Assembly: GCA_905178155.1 (NCBI GenBank)
Contig: CAJINV010000001.1
Span: forward strand, 4,013,329 to 4,077,328
Reading direction: 5' to 3'
Source of the DNA: Amoebophrya sp. A120
Taxonomy: Eukaryota; Protista; Dinoflagellata
DNA: 64,000 nucleotides
In this document: one piece after another, positions 34,536 through 45,143 of the stretch
Layout of the letters: the number at the start of each line of letters is the position of its first letter
How positions within the stretch are numbered: the stretch's first letter is position 1
Made by a program: the position numbers and the translations under genes
Notes under the pieces: generated by a model
Database searches by the model: none
The model's input: only the letters and a program-made list of their open reading frames with translations
What the model was told of the DNA's origin: nothing

Positions 34536-34864
34536 ATGGATAAAGTGGACGCGTATGTGAAGGTGCGGGAGGGTGCACTTAAGGAGGAATACTACAAGTA
34601 TGTGGACACGCACCCGGAGCTGCAGCAGGTGCTCACAGACTTCCTCACCGCACTCGTCGTACATGCACCTGAAGACGTCTATGCTTTCGCAGCACAGTAA
34701 TGCATTCATAACTGTCGTTGTTGTTTCTTGTTGCTTCTTCAGTGAGAACCTAGATGAAGTGGTATTCTCTTACGGAATAAATGAGCACAAAAAAAATAAA
34801 TACTCCTGTCAGGTATTTCGCTCCGTTCAAGGATCTCGACGATGATGAGAGCAAAAATGGATAA
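34536..34864 (+). CDS. 70-aa RIIa/Dpy-30-like dimerisation-docking domain protein; join(34536..34696,34813..34864)
   Basis: YVDTHPELQQVLTDFLTALVVHAPEDVYAFAAQ|YFAPF. A GT-AG intron (34697-34812) completes the FAAxYF motif. Absent from the ORF track because exon 1 is under 60 codons. Confidence 0.8.
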
Positions 34865-35593
34865 AACGCCGCTGCACCACCACGCAAAAGATGAAAGAGC
34901 TCCAATTGATGAATGAAGTACGACTGAGACCACGACATACCGCAACAGCTGCGCACAAGGCCACGACACGCACTAGATAAGAAAATGTGAGTGCGCATGA
35001 TACGACACAGCTTCGCTCACACCTTGAGACTGCTTTCCGAAGTTTGATTCTCATCAGCGTGTTAGTTACCGTGCCCGCGTCGTGATTCTGGTTTTCTCGG
35101 TTTTTGTCTACTGGAACGCGCTACTGAAGAAAAGTTGCCTGCGTATGGAACTAAAGATTGCCTCATGATTTTCATTTCGGTCTATGGAATTGGAAGTCGT
35201 TTTTTTTTTGTCCATCAAAGATCGGTTAAATTAAATGGATCTCGAAAAGTTGCAAATTGACGATGTGTGCGTCGGTTTTATCGCAGCTCTGTCGGTGCTC
35301 CAGTTGAGGTAGTGCAGTAGTGCGTCGCGTTGATTCAAATCGGTCCCTTACAGAAAAAATGTGAAAGTGATATCGACAAAGATGCTCGGTGGAGCAAGAC
35401 AAAAGTTGTACAAGTACACACACACGATTAATGATTGCAATTATTGTTGTGTACCTTTGCCCTGCTATTGCTTGTCTTGCTTTGATTGATCAGGAGGATG
35501 TCACATAACATCTCGAACAGCTACTCGTCCCGGCTTTTCGAGTCTCGAAATCTGTTTCCACCGCAAAGACAAGTTAATAAAAATCAACAAAGA

Positions 35594-36145
35594 CAACATC
35601 AACATCAACATCAACATCAACATCAACATCAACATCAACATCAACATCAACATCAACATCAACATCAACATCAACATCAACATCAGCATCAACAGCAACA
35701 GCAACAGCAACAGCAACATCAACATCAACATCAACATCAACATCAACATCAACATCAGCATCAACATCAACATCAACATCAACATCAACATCAACATCAA
35801 CATCAACATCAACATCAACATCAACATCAACATCAACATCAACATCAACATCAACATCAACATCAACATCAACATCAACATCAACATCAACATCAACATC
35901 AACATCAACATCAACATCAACATCAACATCAACATCAACATCAACATCAACATCAACATCAACATCAACATCAACATCAACATCAACATCAACATCAGCA
36001 TCAACAGCAACAGCAACAGCAACAGCAACATCAACATCAACATCAACATCAACATCAACATCAACATCAGCATCAACATCAACATCAACATCAACATCAA
36101 CATCAACATCAACATCAGCATCAACATCAACATCAACATCAACAT
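35594..36145 (+). repeat. (CAACAT)n hexanucleotide microsatellite, ~92 units
   Basis: Directly visible. The variant block CAGCAT(CAACAG)4 occurs twice, ~310 bp apart. Confidence 0.98.
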
Positions 36146-36647
36146 CATGTTTCCAAGCAAAGACAACATCAACATCAACAAACACGGCGAGTAGACAACT
36201 GCAAGCAAGGGAAGGGACTTCTCGGCGAATCCTCCTGGTCACTGGAATAGGTGTCTTTCCGCAACATCCTCCTCAATTCTTCCGTGGGGACACAGGGGAA
36301 CTAGAACTACCAACTTTCTGTTGCTGCCCGTCGTTACAAGATCCGGAATAACACGGTAGGGGTAGCAGACGCTCACGACGCAACATCAGACACTGGCTTT
36401 GACGTTTGTGGCATTATCCAGTGGCGTTCCAATTCCGGCAGGAGTCCTGATATTGATTAGTACAAGCGAAGTGAGCAGCAGCGCAGGAGGACGAGCTAAT
36501 TCTTAGCCACTTCCTCTTCTCCTTCTTGGCGGAGATTCATTTTAGTGAAGAGAGGCCGATAAACCCCACGACAAGATGTCGCAGTCCCGGATGCTGTCTG
36601 AGCAGACTTGCTTTCCGAAGTTTGATTCTCATCGGCGTGTTGACGCC

Positions 36648-37445
36648 GCGGACTCCGTTCCGACCTCTTCCTCCCTTCCCCTTCCGAGGGGTCGGAGCGG
36701 ACGTATGGGACCCCGTTCCGACCCCTGATGGCGGCCGACCCCGCGGACTGGCCAAAAAAAGGTCCCGCGGATTTGTTGGACAGGCAATATTTGTGGCGCC
36801 CGTTGCGTGACCCAAAAAATCCACCATAGCGTGCGGGCGCGGATTTTTTGGGACAAATCCGCGACAAATCCGCGAGCCCGCGGATTTGAAATCCGCGGAC
36901 CCCCTTTCGACAAATCCGCGGACCCCCTCCGCCGAGTCCGCGAATCGAGAATCCGATCGGGATTGGCGCCTTGCCAAGTGCCCTCGGGGGGCTTTATCAG
37001 GCTGTTATGGCCCATCCGCGGCGATCATCAAAGGCGCGTCCGCTTTGGGAGCTGGCGGGCCTCCGTGCCCTGGAACCTCCGGGGGGGCCTTCCAGGCTGC
37101 TATGGCCCCGGTCGGGGAAGGGCTTGGGGAGGGACTGGGGGAGGGGCCGCAGGGGTGGGCCAGGGGAGGGTGGGCCCGGGGTGGGTCAGGGGTCGGTGGG
37201 GCAGGGGAGGGGGAGCCAGGGGAGGGTGGGCCAGGGGTCGGTGGGGCAGGGGAGGGCCAGGAGAGGGTGGACCGCCCGGGTTTGGCCAGGGGTCGGTGGG
37301 GCAACCAGGGGTGGGCCAGCCAGGGGCGGGCCAGCCAGGGGCGGGCCAGCCAGGGACGGGCCACCAGGGGCGGGCCACCAGGGACCCAAATCCGCACAAT
37401 ATCCGCGCGCTGTTATTCTAACGGGTGTCCAAGCTCTAATATTAA
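36648..37445. mobile_element. ~800-bp GC-rich element (GC800), copy 1, flanked by 38-bp direct repeats
   Basis: Flanks at 36610-36647 and 37446-37483 (one mismatch). CCGCGGATTT/AAATCCGCGG repeats, a G-run-rich GGCCAGGGG region and an AT-rich end CTCTAATATTAA. Confidence 0.85.
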
Positions 37446-37661
37446 GCTTTCCGAAGTTTGATTCTCATCAGCGTGTTGACGCCATGTGATTCTGGTTTTC
37501 TCGGTTCTTGTCTGCAACTCGTTGCTGAAGTAGAAGAACAAGCGGCTGCGTATAGAACTAAAGATTGCCTCATTATTTTTTATTTCGGTCTACTTATCAT
37601 GCAATTCCAATTGGAAGTCATTTTTTTTTTTGTCTATCAAAAATCGGTTGGAATCTGTGTA

Positions 37662-38380
37662 CTTAAGTTATGTAGGTCAATTCCCAACGACCCTAAATCA
37701 CTATGATCGCATTCACAAAAAGAAAAAAGAGTCGGCGCAGATTGTGCCGGGCGATTCGGATGGTAACCAGAAGCAAAGCCGCCCACCACCAGAGGCAGGC
37801 GCGCTAGGGATTTCCGTTGGCGGCCGCGTTGCGGCGGCCCGCGCCACACCATTCGCACTTGGCCCAGCGCTCCGGCGGCATTCCCTGGAGCCGTTGCTGG
37901 GGGGTGCAGGGCCGAGCCACTCGTTGCTGTGGTCGCATTAGCGAGCGGCCCACAGCAACGATAGCACGCATAGCACGCACAGCACGCATAGCACGCACAG
38001 CACCGTGCGCGGGCCAAAATTGTGTGCTATGTGTGCTGTGGCACCCCCGACACAGCAAACATAGCAAGCATAGCACGCATAGTACGCATAGCAACGAGTG
38101 GGCATTAAGCCGATTCTCTGCGACCCTGACTGCGCGCAGCAGGCGGGGGCGCGGCCGCAGTAGGATTAGGGTGCCAGGGGGCCCAACTGGAGCAGCCGCT
38201 TATCCAGCGAACAGCGAGGAGCTCTACACTGCAGCCGTGGAAGTTCTAATGACCCGGGGGCGTGCCACGATGCAGGGCGACAATTCAGCACTCGCTCCAG
38301 ATTCGACAGCCATTTTTTTTTTCTTGTATTGCAATCATAGCACAGAAGGGTCGTTGGGAAATTGGCCTACTCGACTTTAG
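37662..38380. mobile_element. MITE-like TIR element
   Basis: CTTAAGTTATGTAGGTCAATTCCCAACGACCCT... is the imperfect inverse of ...AGGGTCGTTGGGAAATTGGCCTACTCGACTTTAG. It is absent from the paralogous position (~41410-41430). Internal ATAGCACGC repeats. Confidence 0.85.
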
Positions 38381-38817
38381 TGGATCTCGAAAAGTTTCAA
38401 ATTGACGACGTGTGCGTCGGCTTTATCTCAGCTCTGTCGGTGCTCCAGTTGAGGTAGTGCAGTAGTGCGTCGCGTTGATTCAAATCGTTCGGTCCCTTAC
38501 AGAAAAGTGTGAAAGTGATATCGATGCTCGGTGAAGCAAGACAAAAGTTGTACAATTACACATACACGATCGATTGCAATTGGTGTGCGCCTTTACCCTG
38601 CTATTGCTTGTCTTGCTTTGATTCATTGGTCAGGAGGGTGATACTTGTTAATTCGTGTCATCATTCTCATATAACATCTCGAAGAACTACTCCCGGCTTT
38701 TCGAGTCTCAAAATCTGTTTCCACCGCAAAGACAAGTTAATAATATCCCAAAAGCACCACCACCCGCGAAGTTGAGACTGCTTTCCGAAGTTTGATTCTC
38801 ATCAGCGTGTTGACGCC

Positions 38818-39619
38818 GCGGACTCCGTTCCGACCCCTTCCTCCCTTCCCCTTCCGAGGGGTCGGAGCGGACGTATGGGACCCCGTTCCGACCCCTGATG
38901 GCGGCCGACCCCGCGGACTGGCCAAAAAAAGGTCCCGCGGATTTGTTGGACAGGCAATATTTGTGGCGCCCGTTGCGTGACCCAAAAAATGAAAAATCCA
39001 CCATAGCGTGCGGGCGCGGATTTTTTGGGACAAATCCGCGACAAATCCGCGAGCCCGCGGATTTGAAATCCGCGGACCCCCTTTCGACAAATCCGCGGAC
39101 CCCCTCCGCCGAGTCCGCGAATCGAGAATCCGATCGGGATTGGCGCCTTGCCAAGTGCCCTCGGGGGGCTTTATCAGGCTGTTATGGCCCATCCGCGGCG
39201 ATCATCAAAGGCGCGTCCGCTTTGGGAGCTGGCGGGCCTCCGTGCCCTGGAACCTCCGGGGGGGCCTTCCAGGCTGCTATGGCCCCGGTCGGGGAAGGGC
39301 TTGGGGAGGGACTGGGGGAGGGGCCGCAGGGGTGGGCCAGGGGAGGGTGGGCCCGGGGTGGGTCAGGGGTCGGTGGGGCAGGGGAGGGGGAGCCAGGGGA
39401 GGGTGGGCCAGGGGTCGGTGGGGCAGGGGAGGGCCAGGAGAGGGTGGGCCGCCCGGGTTTGGCCAGGGGTCGGTGGGGCAACCAGGGGTGGGCCAGCCAG
39501 GGGCGGGCCAGCCAGGGGCGGGCCAGCCAGGGACGGGCCACCAGGGGCGGGCCACCAGGGACCCAAATCCGCACAATATCCGCGCGCTGTTATTCTAACG
39601 GGTGTCCAAGCTCTAATAA
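38818..39619. mobile_element. GC800 element, copy 2, flanked by perfect 38-bp direct repeats
   Basis: Flanks at 38780-38817 and 39620-39657 are identical. Near-identical to 36648-37445. Confidence 0.85.
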
Positions 39620-40338
39620 GCTTTCCGAAGTTTGATTCTCATCAGCGTGTTGACGCCATGTGATTCTGGTTTTCTCGGTTCTTGTCTGCAACTCGTTGCT
39701 GAAGTAGAAGAACAAGCGGCTGCGTATAGAACTAAAGATTGCCTCATTATTTTTTATTTCGGTCTACTTATCATGCAATTCCAATTGGAAGTCATTTTTT
39801 CATGTAAGCTCCCGTGAATCGGTATCGGTTGTGAAACTTTTCGGAAAAAAGTCACACGCAGGCAGGTTGTTGTGATTCTCCGGGCAGAATAGTATCTGAA
39901 TAATCTTCTTAACCTCGGCAAGTGGCATAGGTGAAAAATGCATTGCAATTTTCAGAAATTGAAGGAAGCGTGTCGGTGTATTTGCAGGCAGTGAGTCACT
40001 GTGGGTGTGGTCACTCATCGGTATCTTTTTCCTTTTCGTGATGATCATCATGATCTGTGTCATGATTGGAAACCACAGAGGAACCTTTCTTTCCTTGAAG
40101 GTGCCTGCGGAAAAGGTCGGTGCAACGTAAATTAACAAAGGTATCATCAAGAAAGTTACGTGCGTCGTGGAGGTGTTAGCGATAATTCGAAGTAGACCTA
40201 GACCTAGAGAAAATAGAAAAAAAAAAGACAAAATGGCGACGGACGACACTGCACCGACGAGCGACCACCCGTACTTGACCGAGTACTTCGAGACCCAACT
40301 GGAAATGGTCGAGAAGAACATGAAGGACCTGTTGAACG

Positions 40339-40512
40339 TATCACAGGAAAATGTGTTTAACGTTAACGGAATTTGTGATGCAGTAATGCATCACAAAAGC
40401 AAAACGTGCCCCAATTTGTCATGCATAGGATGCATACGAGGCGAAATTTGCCATGCATATTTGCAATCTATGAAGAAAACGACCGTTAGCGTTAACACTT
40501 TTTTGTTGAATA
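40339..40512. mobile_element. Introner element, family D
   Basis: TATCACAGGAAAATGTGTTTAACGTTAACGG / CCGTTAGCGTTAACACTTTTTTGTTGAATA; direct repeat GAACG. Confidence 0.88.
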
Positions 40513-40727
40513 GAACGACCAAGAAAAGACCTTCCGCATCGCGCTGGACGCAGAGTTTCGGAAAAAATACATGGACGACCAACACGCGCGCGGAGATGAA
40601 CGCAAAGCTACAGCCGCTTGTGGAAAAGTCCTTCGTGCACCACGACCTGGACAAATCCGGGGTGTTGTCCAAAGAGGAATCCGCGCGGTTTTTCAGCCAT
40701 TTCGCGAAGGAAACGAAGCGGTTCGTG

Positions 40728-40893
40728 TATGCATTGGAAAAGTATCGCGCTAGTGGTAATCGCATTACAAATTTGCTTAGCATTAGCATTACAAATTAAA
40801 ATGAAACTTGTAAATGCTGTTTTACCTTATTAGGGAGATTTTTCATGCATAACAGCAATTACTACGAGTGCGATACTTCTTTTGCAGAGCATA
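40728..40893. mobile_element. Introner element, family B (reverse orientation)
   Basis: TATGCATTGGAAAAGTATCGCGCTAG ... CTACGAGTGCGATACTTCTTTTGCAGAGCATA; direct repeat TCGTG. Confidence 0.88.
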
Positions 40894-41898
40894 TCGTGAT
40901 GGAGACCACAAAGTTGACCATGGTGCAATCGATGGACCAAGTTGGGCAGGCGTTGGCAATGCAATTCCCCAGCGAGTTGGAGGACGAGTTGCAAATCTCG
41001 GCGAAGATGAAGAAAGTGATGGAGAGTTCGATGGATTTCATGTATGCACAGTTGGACGGGCTTTTGGAAGACCTGCATCAAGAGTACCTGAAGAACAAAG
41101 AACAGAACGACGCAAAAGCGTTCGACGTGGTGGACACCGCGAAGGCATGAAAGTGCACAACTTCCCCTCGCGAAGGCATGAAAGTGCACAACTGCTTTCC
41201 GAAGTTTGATTCTCGTCAGCGTGTTACCGTCTATGCGTCGCGATTATTCTGGTCTTCTTTGTTTTTGTCTATTGCAACTCCAACTCGATCGTAACAAGCA
41301 GCTGCGTATAAAACCAAAGGTTGCAGCCTCTGCCTCACGATTTCGGTCTATGGAATTGGAAGTTGTTTTTCATTTTCTATATTTTGCCAATCAAAAATCG
41401 GTTAGAAGTAGAATCTGTGCAAGTGGAGTCCGAAAAGTTTCAAATTGACGATGTGTGCGTCGGTTTTATGTCAGCTCTGTCGGTGCTCCAGTGTAGCTAG
41501 TCCAGTAGTGCGTCGTGTTGATTTATATCATTCGGTCCCTTACAGAAAAATGTGAAAGTGATATCGAAGATGCTCGGCCAAGCAAGACAAAAGTTGTACA
41601 ATTACACATGCACGATCGATTACGATTGGTGTGTGTCTTTGCCCCGCTATTGCTTGTTCTTTTGCTTTGATTGGTCAGGAGGGTGATACTTATGAATTTA
41701 TTGTGTCATCATTTATCACATGATATAACATCCCGAACAACTTCTACTCCCGGCTTTTCGAGTCTGGAAATCTGTGTCCACCGCAAAGACAAGTAAATAA
41801 AAATCGCGACCACACGCATACGTAAATCAAATTCCTAACTTATTCCTGAACGCCGCGTGCGAACCAAAGATATCCAAAAAGTACCACCACCCGCGAAG

Positions 41899-43226
41899 AT
41901 GATGACCTCTCCCCTGCACGATGCTTCCACCGAGCACGCGAACACACAGCTGTTATCCACAGAAAAAAAAAACCATCGACATCCATTCTTTGCATGACAG
42001 ACACGTGATCTGATACCTGTTTTGCATGACAAATTGGATGTGGATGCGTTTTTTTTTCTGTGGATAGCTGTCGCTGTTCTTCGACAAACTCGTAGCCAAA
42101 GCGGCGAAGGACGACAAGAGCGTCTGTGGGGTCGCGAGCGAGATCTCCAAGACCTTCTTTCAGCAGATGCAGCACGATCGAATTTTGCGGAAGCAGGCGG
42201 AGTATGCATTGCAAAAGCATCGTACTAGTAGAAATCGCATTACAAATTCGGTCAGCATGACAAGTGGAATTTGTCATGCTGTTTGACCTTGGGATGGAAA
42301 TTTGTAATGCATGATTGCGATTACTACGAGTGCGATACTTTTGCACAGGATACGGAGAGCGATTTGATGGAGGCGGAGGAAGAGATGAAGCAGCTCCGGT
42401 CCCAAGTCGTGTTTTTGGAGCAGAAGTTATCCAGGAAAAAACACCCATCCCCATCCAATTTGTCATGCAAAACATGCATAAAATCCACTATTTGTCATGC
42501 ACAAAATGGATGGGGATGGGTGTTTTTTCCAGGATAGAAGTTACGCAGACTGGAAACCAACTCGAAAAATGTGAAGGAGGTGAAGACCACATTTGTTTCA
42601 CGACGAGGAGGGGGGAATAACCAATCTGCGGGAACAACCAAAGGGAAGAGGAACAAGATGATATCAGATGAAGACCAAGACGTCGATACTGAAGACGAGC
42701 AGAATGAAAATGCCAGCGACCAACACCAGCAGGGCGGCGATTTCGCCGTCGCGGACACGCCCTCCTCTCGGCTCCGGAAGCTCGCCAGCCGCAAGAAAGC
42801 TTTGGCGCGAAAAGCCCTCCCCCCCTGGGAGCAGTCCAGTACGCGCGAAGAGCGGGCCCGGCTGTTCGACGGCGCCGTCGGATGGTACGAAGCGGACGCG
42901 AAACGGATGAAAAAGCGGGTGGATATCCCGGAAAAAACAGCCATCCACATCCAATTTGTGATGCAAAACATATATAAAATTCTATGTTTTTGTCATACAA
43001 AATAAAACGGATGTGGATGGATTTTTTTCTGTGGATAGTGGAGCGCGAGGGCGTGCAGCGCCAGAGCGTCGTCGTCAACCCGGTCATCGGCAGTAAGCTG
43101 GAGGCGGAGAACTTTGCGTTCAACAAGGTACGGAAAAGCAAGGACGTGGAGATCATGAGCACCGAGCGGATGGCGATCATGAAGCCGGTGTTTGAAAAAA
43201 TCATGGACTTTTACGCGAATGAATGA
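41899..43226 (+). CDS. 273-aa hypothetical coiled-coil protein; join(41899..41953,42072..42202,42358..42427,42542..42923,43043..43226)
   Basis: Removing four IEs gives an uninterrupted 822-nt frame from ATG to TGA. Heptad segment ESDLMEAEEEMKQLRSQVVFLEQKLRRLE. Confidence 0.85.
41954..42066. mobile_element. Introner element, family E
   Basis: TATCCACAGAAAAAAAA / TTTTTTTTCTGTGGATA; direct repeat GCTGT. Confidence 0.92.
42203..42352. mobile_element. Introner element, family B (reverse orientation)
   Basis: Ends ...TACTACGAGTGCGATACTTTTGCACAGGATA, the reverse complement of the 11120 left end; direct repeat CGGAG. Confidence 0.92.
42428..42536. mobile_element. Introner element, family E
   Basis: TATCCAGGAAAAAACACCCATCCCCATCCA / TGGATGGGGATGGGTGTTTTTTCCAGGATA; direct repeat GAAGT. 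Confidence 0.92.
42924..43037. mobile_element. Introner element, family E
   Basis: TATCCCGGAAAAAACAGCCATCCACATCC / GGATGTGGATGGATTTTTTTCTGTGGATA; direct repeat GTGGA. Confidence 0.92.
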
Positions 43227-45143
43227 AGAGGAAGCACGTCGACGGGCCAGCGCCAGTCGATGCTTTGTAATGCTGGGCCCGCTTTTTGTCTGCCTGGTTT
43301 CGAACTTCTAGCTTTACCGTTTACTCGTGAGCTCAATTTCACCTGCCCACCCGGTGGCCATATCGCTTTATTTCTGACAATACTTCCTAGAAGCAAGCAC
43401 CAGGGGTGCCGTGAGAAAGGGAAAGTATAGTGGTTGCGGTTGATTGCTTCCCTCAATTACTTACCTGAAAAAAAAAAAAGGTTGGTACTACCGAACAATC
43501 ACAACATGGTTCTGTCATCACTTCATGGACACACATCTGAATAAGGCGGCGATGGCACGTTGTGTTCATACTGAAGATGCCCTCGAGCAGAATACGAATA
43601 GATATTGTTTTTCGCTGCAGGAGAGTGAGTTGCGAGCTACGTCGAGAGAACAGTACCAGTAGCCGTGTCAACAGAAATGCGAGCAAGAGATATTGATATC
43701 GCGATCAGGAGGTTGAGCGTGCATCACTGAGTCCGGTGGTTCGATCCTGGCCTCGTTCGATGATCAATCTGCAAGTCATGGTAATCGTAGCACGTAGCAG
43801 CTTTCCACTTCCCGTGATCAGAGGAGTGAGATTATCGATAGTTCGTGTTATTCCCCGCCCCGTTGTCGAGTTGATTAGTAGAAGCAATTTTGTTAACTAC
43901 TTAAGTAGAAGAAGTAGCTGCCAGCGCTTCTCTGATTGTAACAGCCGGCGTTGGAGGAAGCACCACCAGACCACCGCCAGATGAGTAAACCATGCCCGCT
44001 GCCTGACAATTGTTGACGGGGAAAAGTGCTGGCGAGTCTCCTACGACCAGGAAAAAAGGCACAGCTGCAAGAGTTATTTTGACGAAACAAGGGTAAACGT
44101 AAACGCGGCGAATCTACTCCGGCGGCAAAGCCGCGTCGATCAAACCGCTCCTGGGTGTGTGACAAATAAACCGGAAGGTGGAGAAAAAAGGCAGTACGAG
44201 TTTTCCAGGTAAAAGACACGGATTCCTCCGACGACTACTTGTATTTGTGACCTGATCTGCGCTGGTGCACGCCCCCTACGTATACGAAGTCCACCAGCGG
44301 CGCGTTAACAAACAACTTTCGCCTCGCCTGGAATCTGTGCTCGTCGGCGGATAGGGCCAGATAACCGTGCTAGAAGTACCGCACCCTCGTGGCACCACGT
44401 AGAAAGGCTGGGTCTGTAAGTTCTACTATTCAGTCCCGGTCTACTACTTCCCAACGCGCATCTCGACCCAGAGGCACACGATAACAAGCTTGATGACACA
44501 GAGCGTGAGATAAAACGTGTACCGTGCGGTTATCGCTTGGACTGGCGATTGTATTGCCCCCGAGCGCTGGAGCTGGTGGATCCGCCGTATAATTTGTTGC
44601 CCAACTACCGTGGGTAGTTCGAGTTTCAGCCAACAGAAGAATCGCCGAGCAGCCGAGTAACTACTTTAACTTCCAGGAATTAACAAGAGCCGGGGAGCGG
44701 GTGCGAATACTTTCTGTTCGAAAAGAACAAGCTGCCAGCAAGGGTGGAAGAGACCTCTCGACCGCGAATCCTCCTCGTCACTGGAAAAATCGTTGTCTTT
44801 CTGCAACATCCCCCTCAATTCTTCCTTGTCTTTGCTGCCACACTGGAGCTAGCATCTTCGCTTACGGTTGCTGTCCGTCGTCCCAAGATTCGGAATAGCA
44901 CGACGGTGGCAAACGCTCACGACGCAACATCAGACACTGTTTTTGACGTTAGTGGCATTATAATGCAGGAGTGGTTCTTGTAGTATTTGGCGTTCCACCC
45001 GTTCCGGCAGTCCTGATATTGATACAACCGAAGTGAGCAGAAGCAGCGCAGGAGCTAGTAATTCGTAGCCTCTTTCTCTTCTCGGCGGATACTCATTTTA
45101 GTGAACAACAACAAACGCTAAAAAACCCCGCCACGGCAAGAAG

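Larger units (their letters stand above)
40233..41150 (+). pseudogene. Truncated, frameshifted paralogue of the EF-hand gene at 52793
   Basis: Four extra bases in CACGCGCGCGGAG (~40586) versus CACGCGGAG in the intact copy. The copy breaks off inside the left TIR of the IE homologous to 53863. Confidence 0.8.
35032..41800 (+). repeat. Mosaic of local segmental duplications punctuated by a 38-bp site (copies starting 35032, 36610, 37446, 38780, 39620, 41194)
   Basis: GCTTTCCGAAGTTTGATTCTCATCAGCGTGTT(GACGCC) occurs six times. A ~550-600-bp unit recurs at 35032, 37446, 39620 (partial) and 41194. 36216-36604 matches 44750-45173, and 39807-41168 matches 52380-53890. Confidence 0.88.

Noticed and set aside
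35486-36250. Poly-HQ, poly-ML and poly-DV ORFs
   Set aside because: They are translations of the (CAACAT)n microsatellite, and the flanks are duplicated non-coding DNA.
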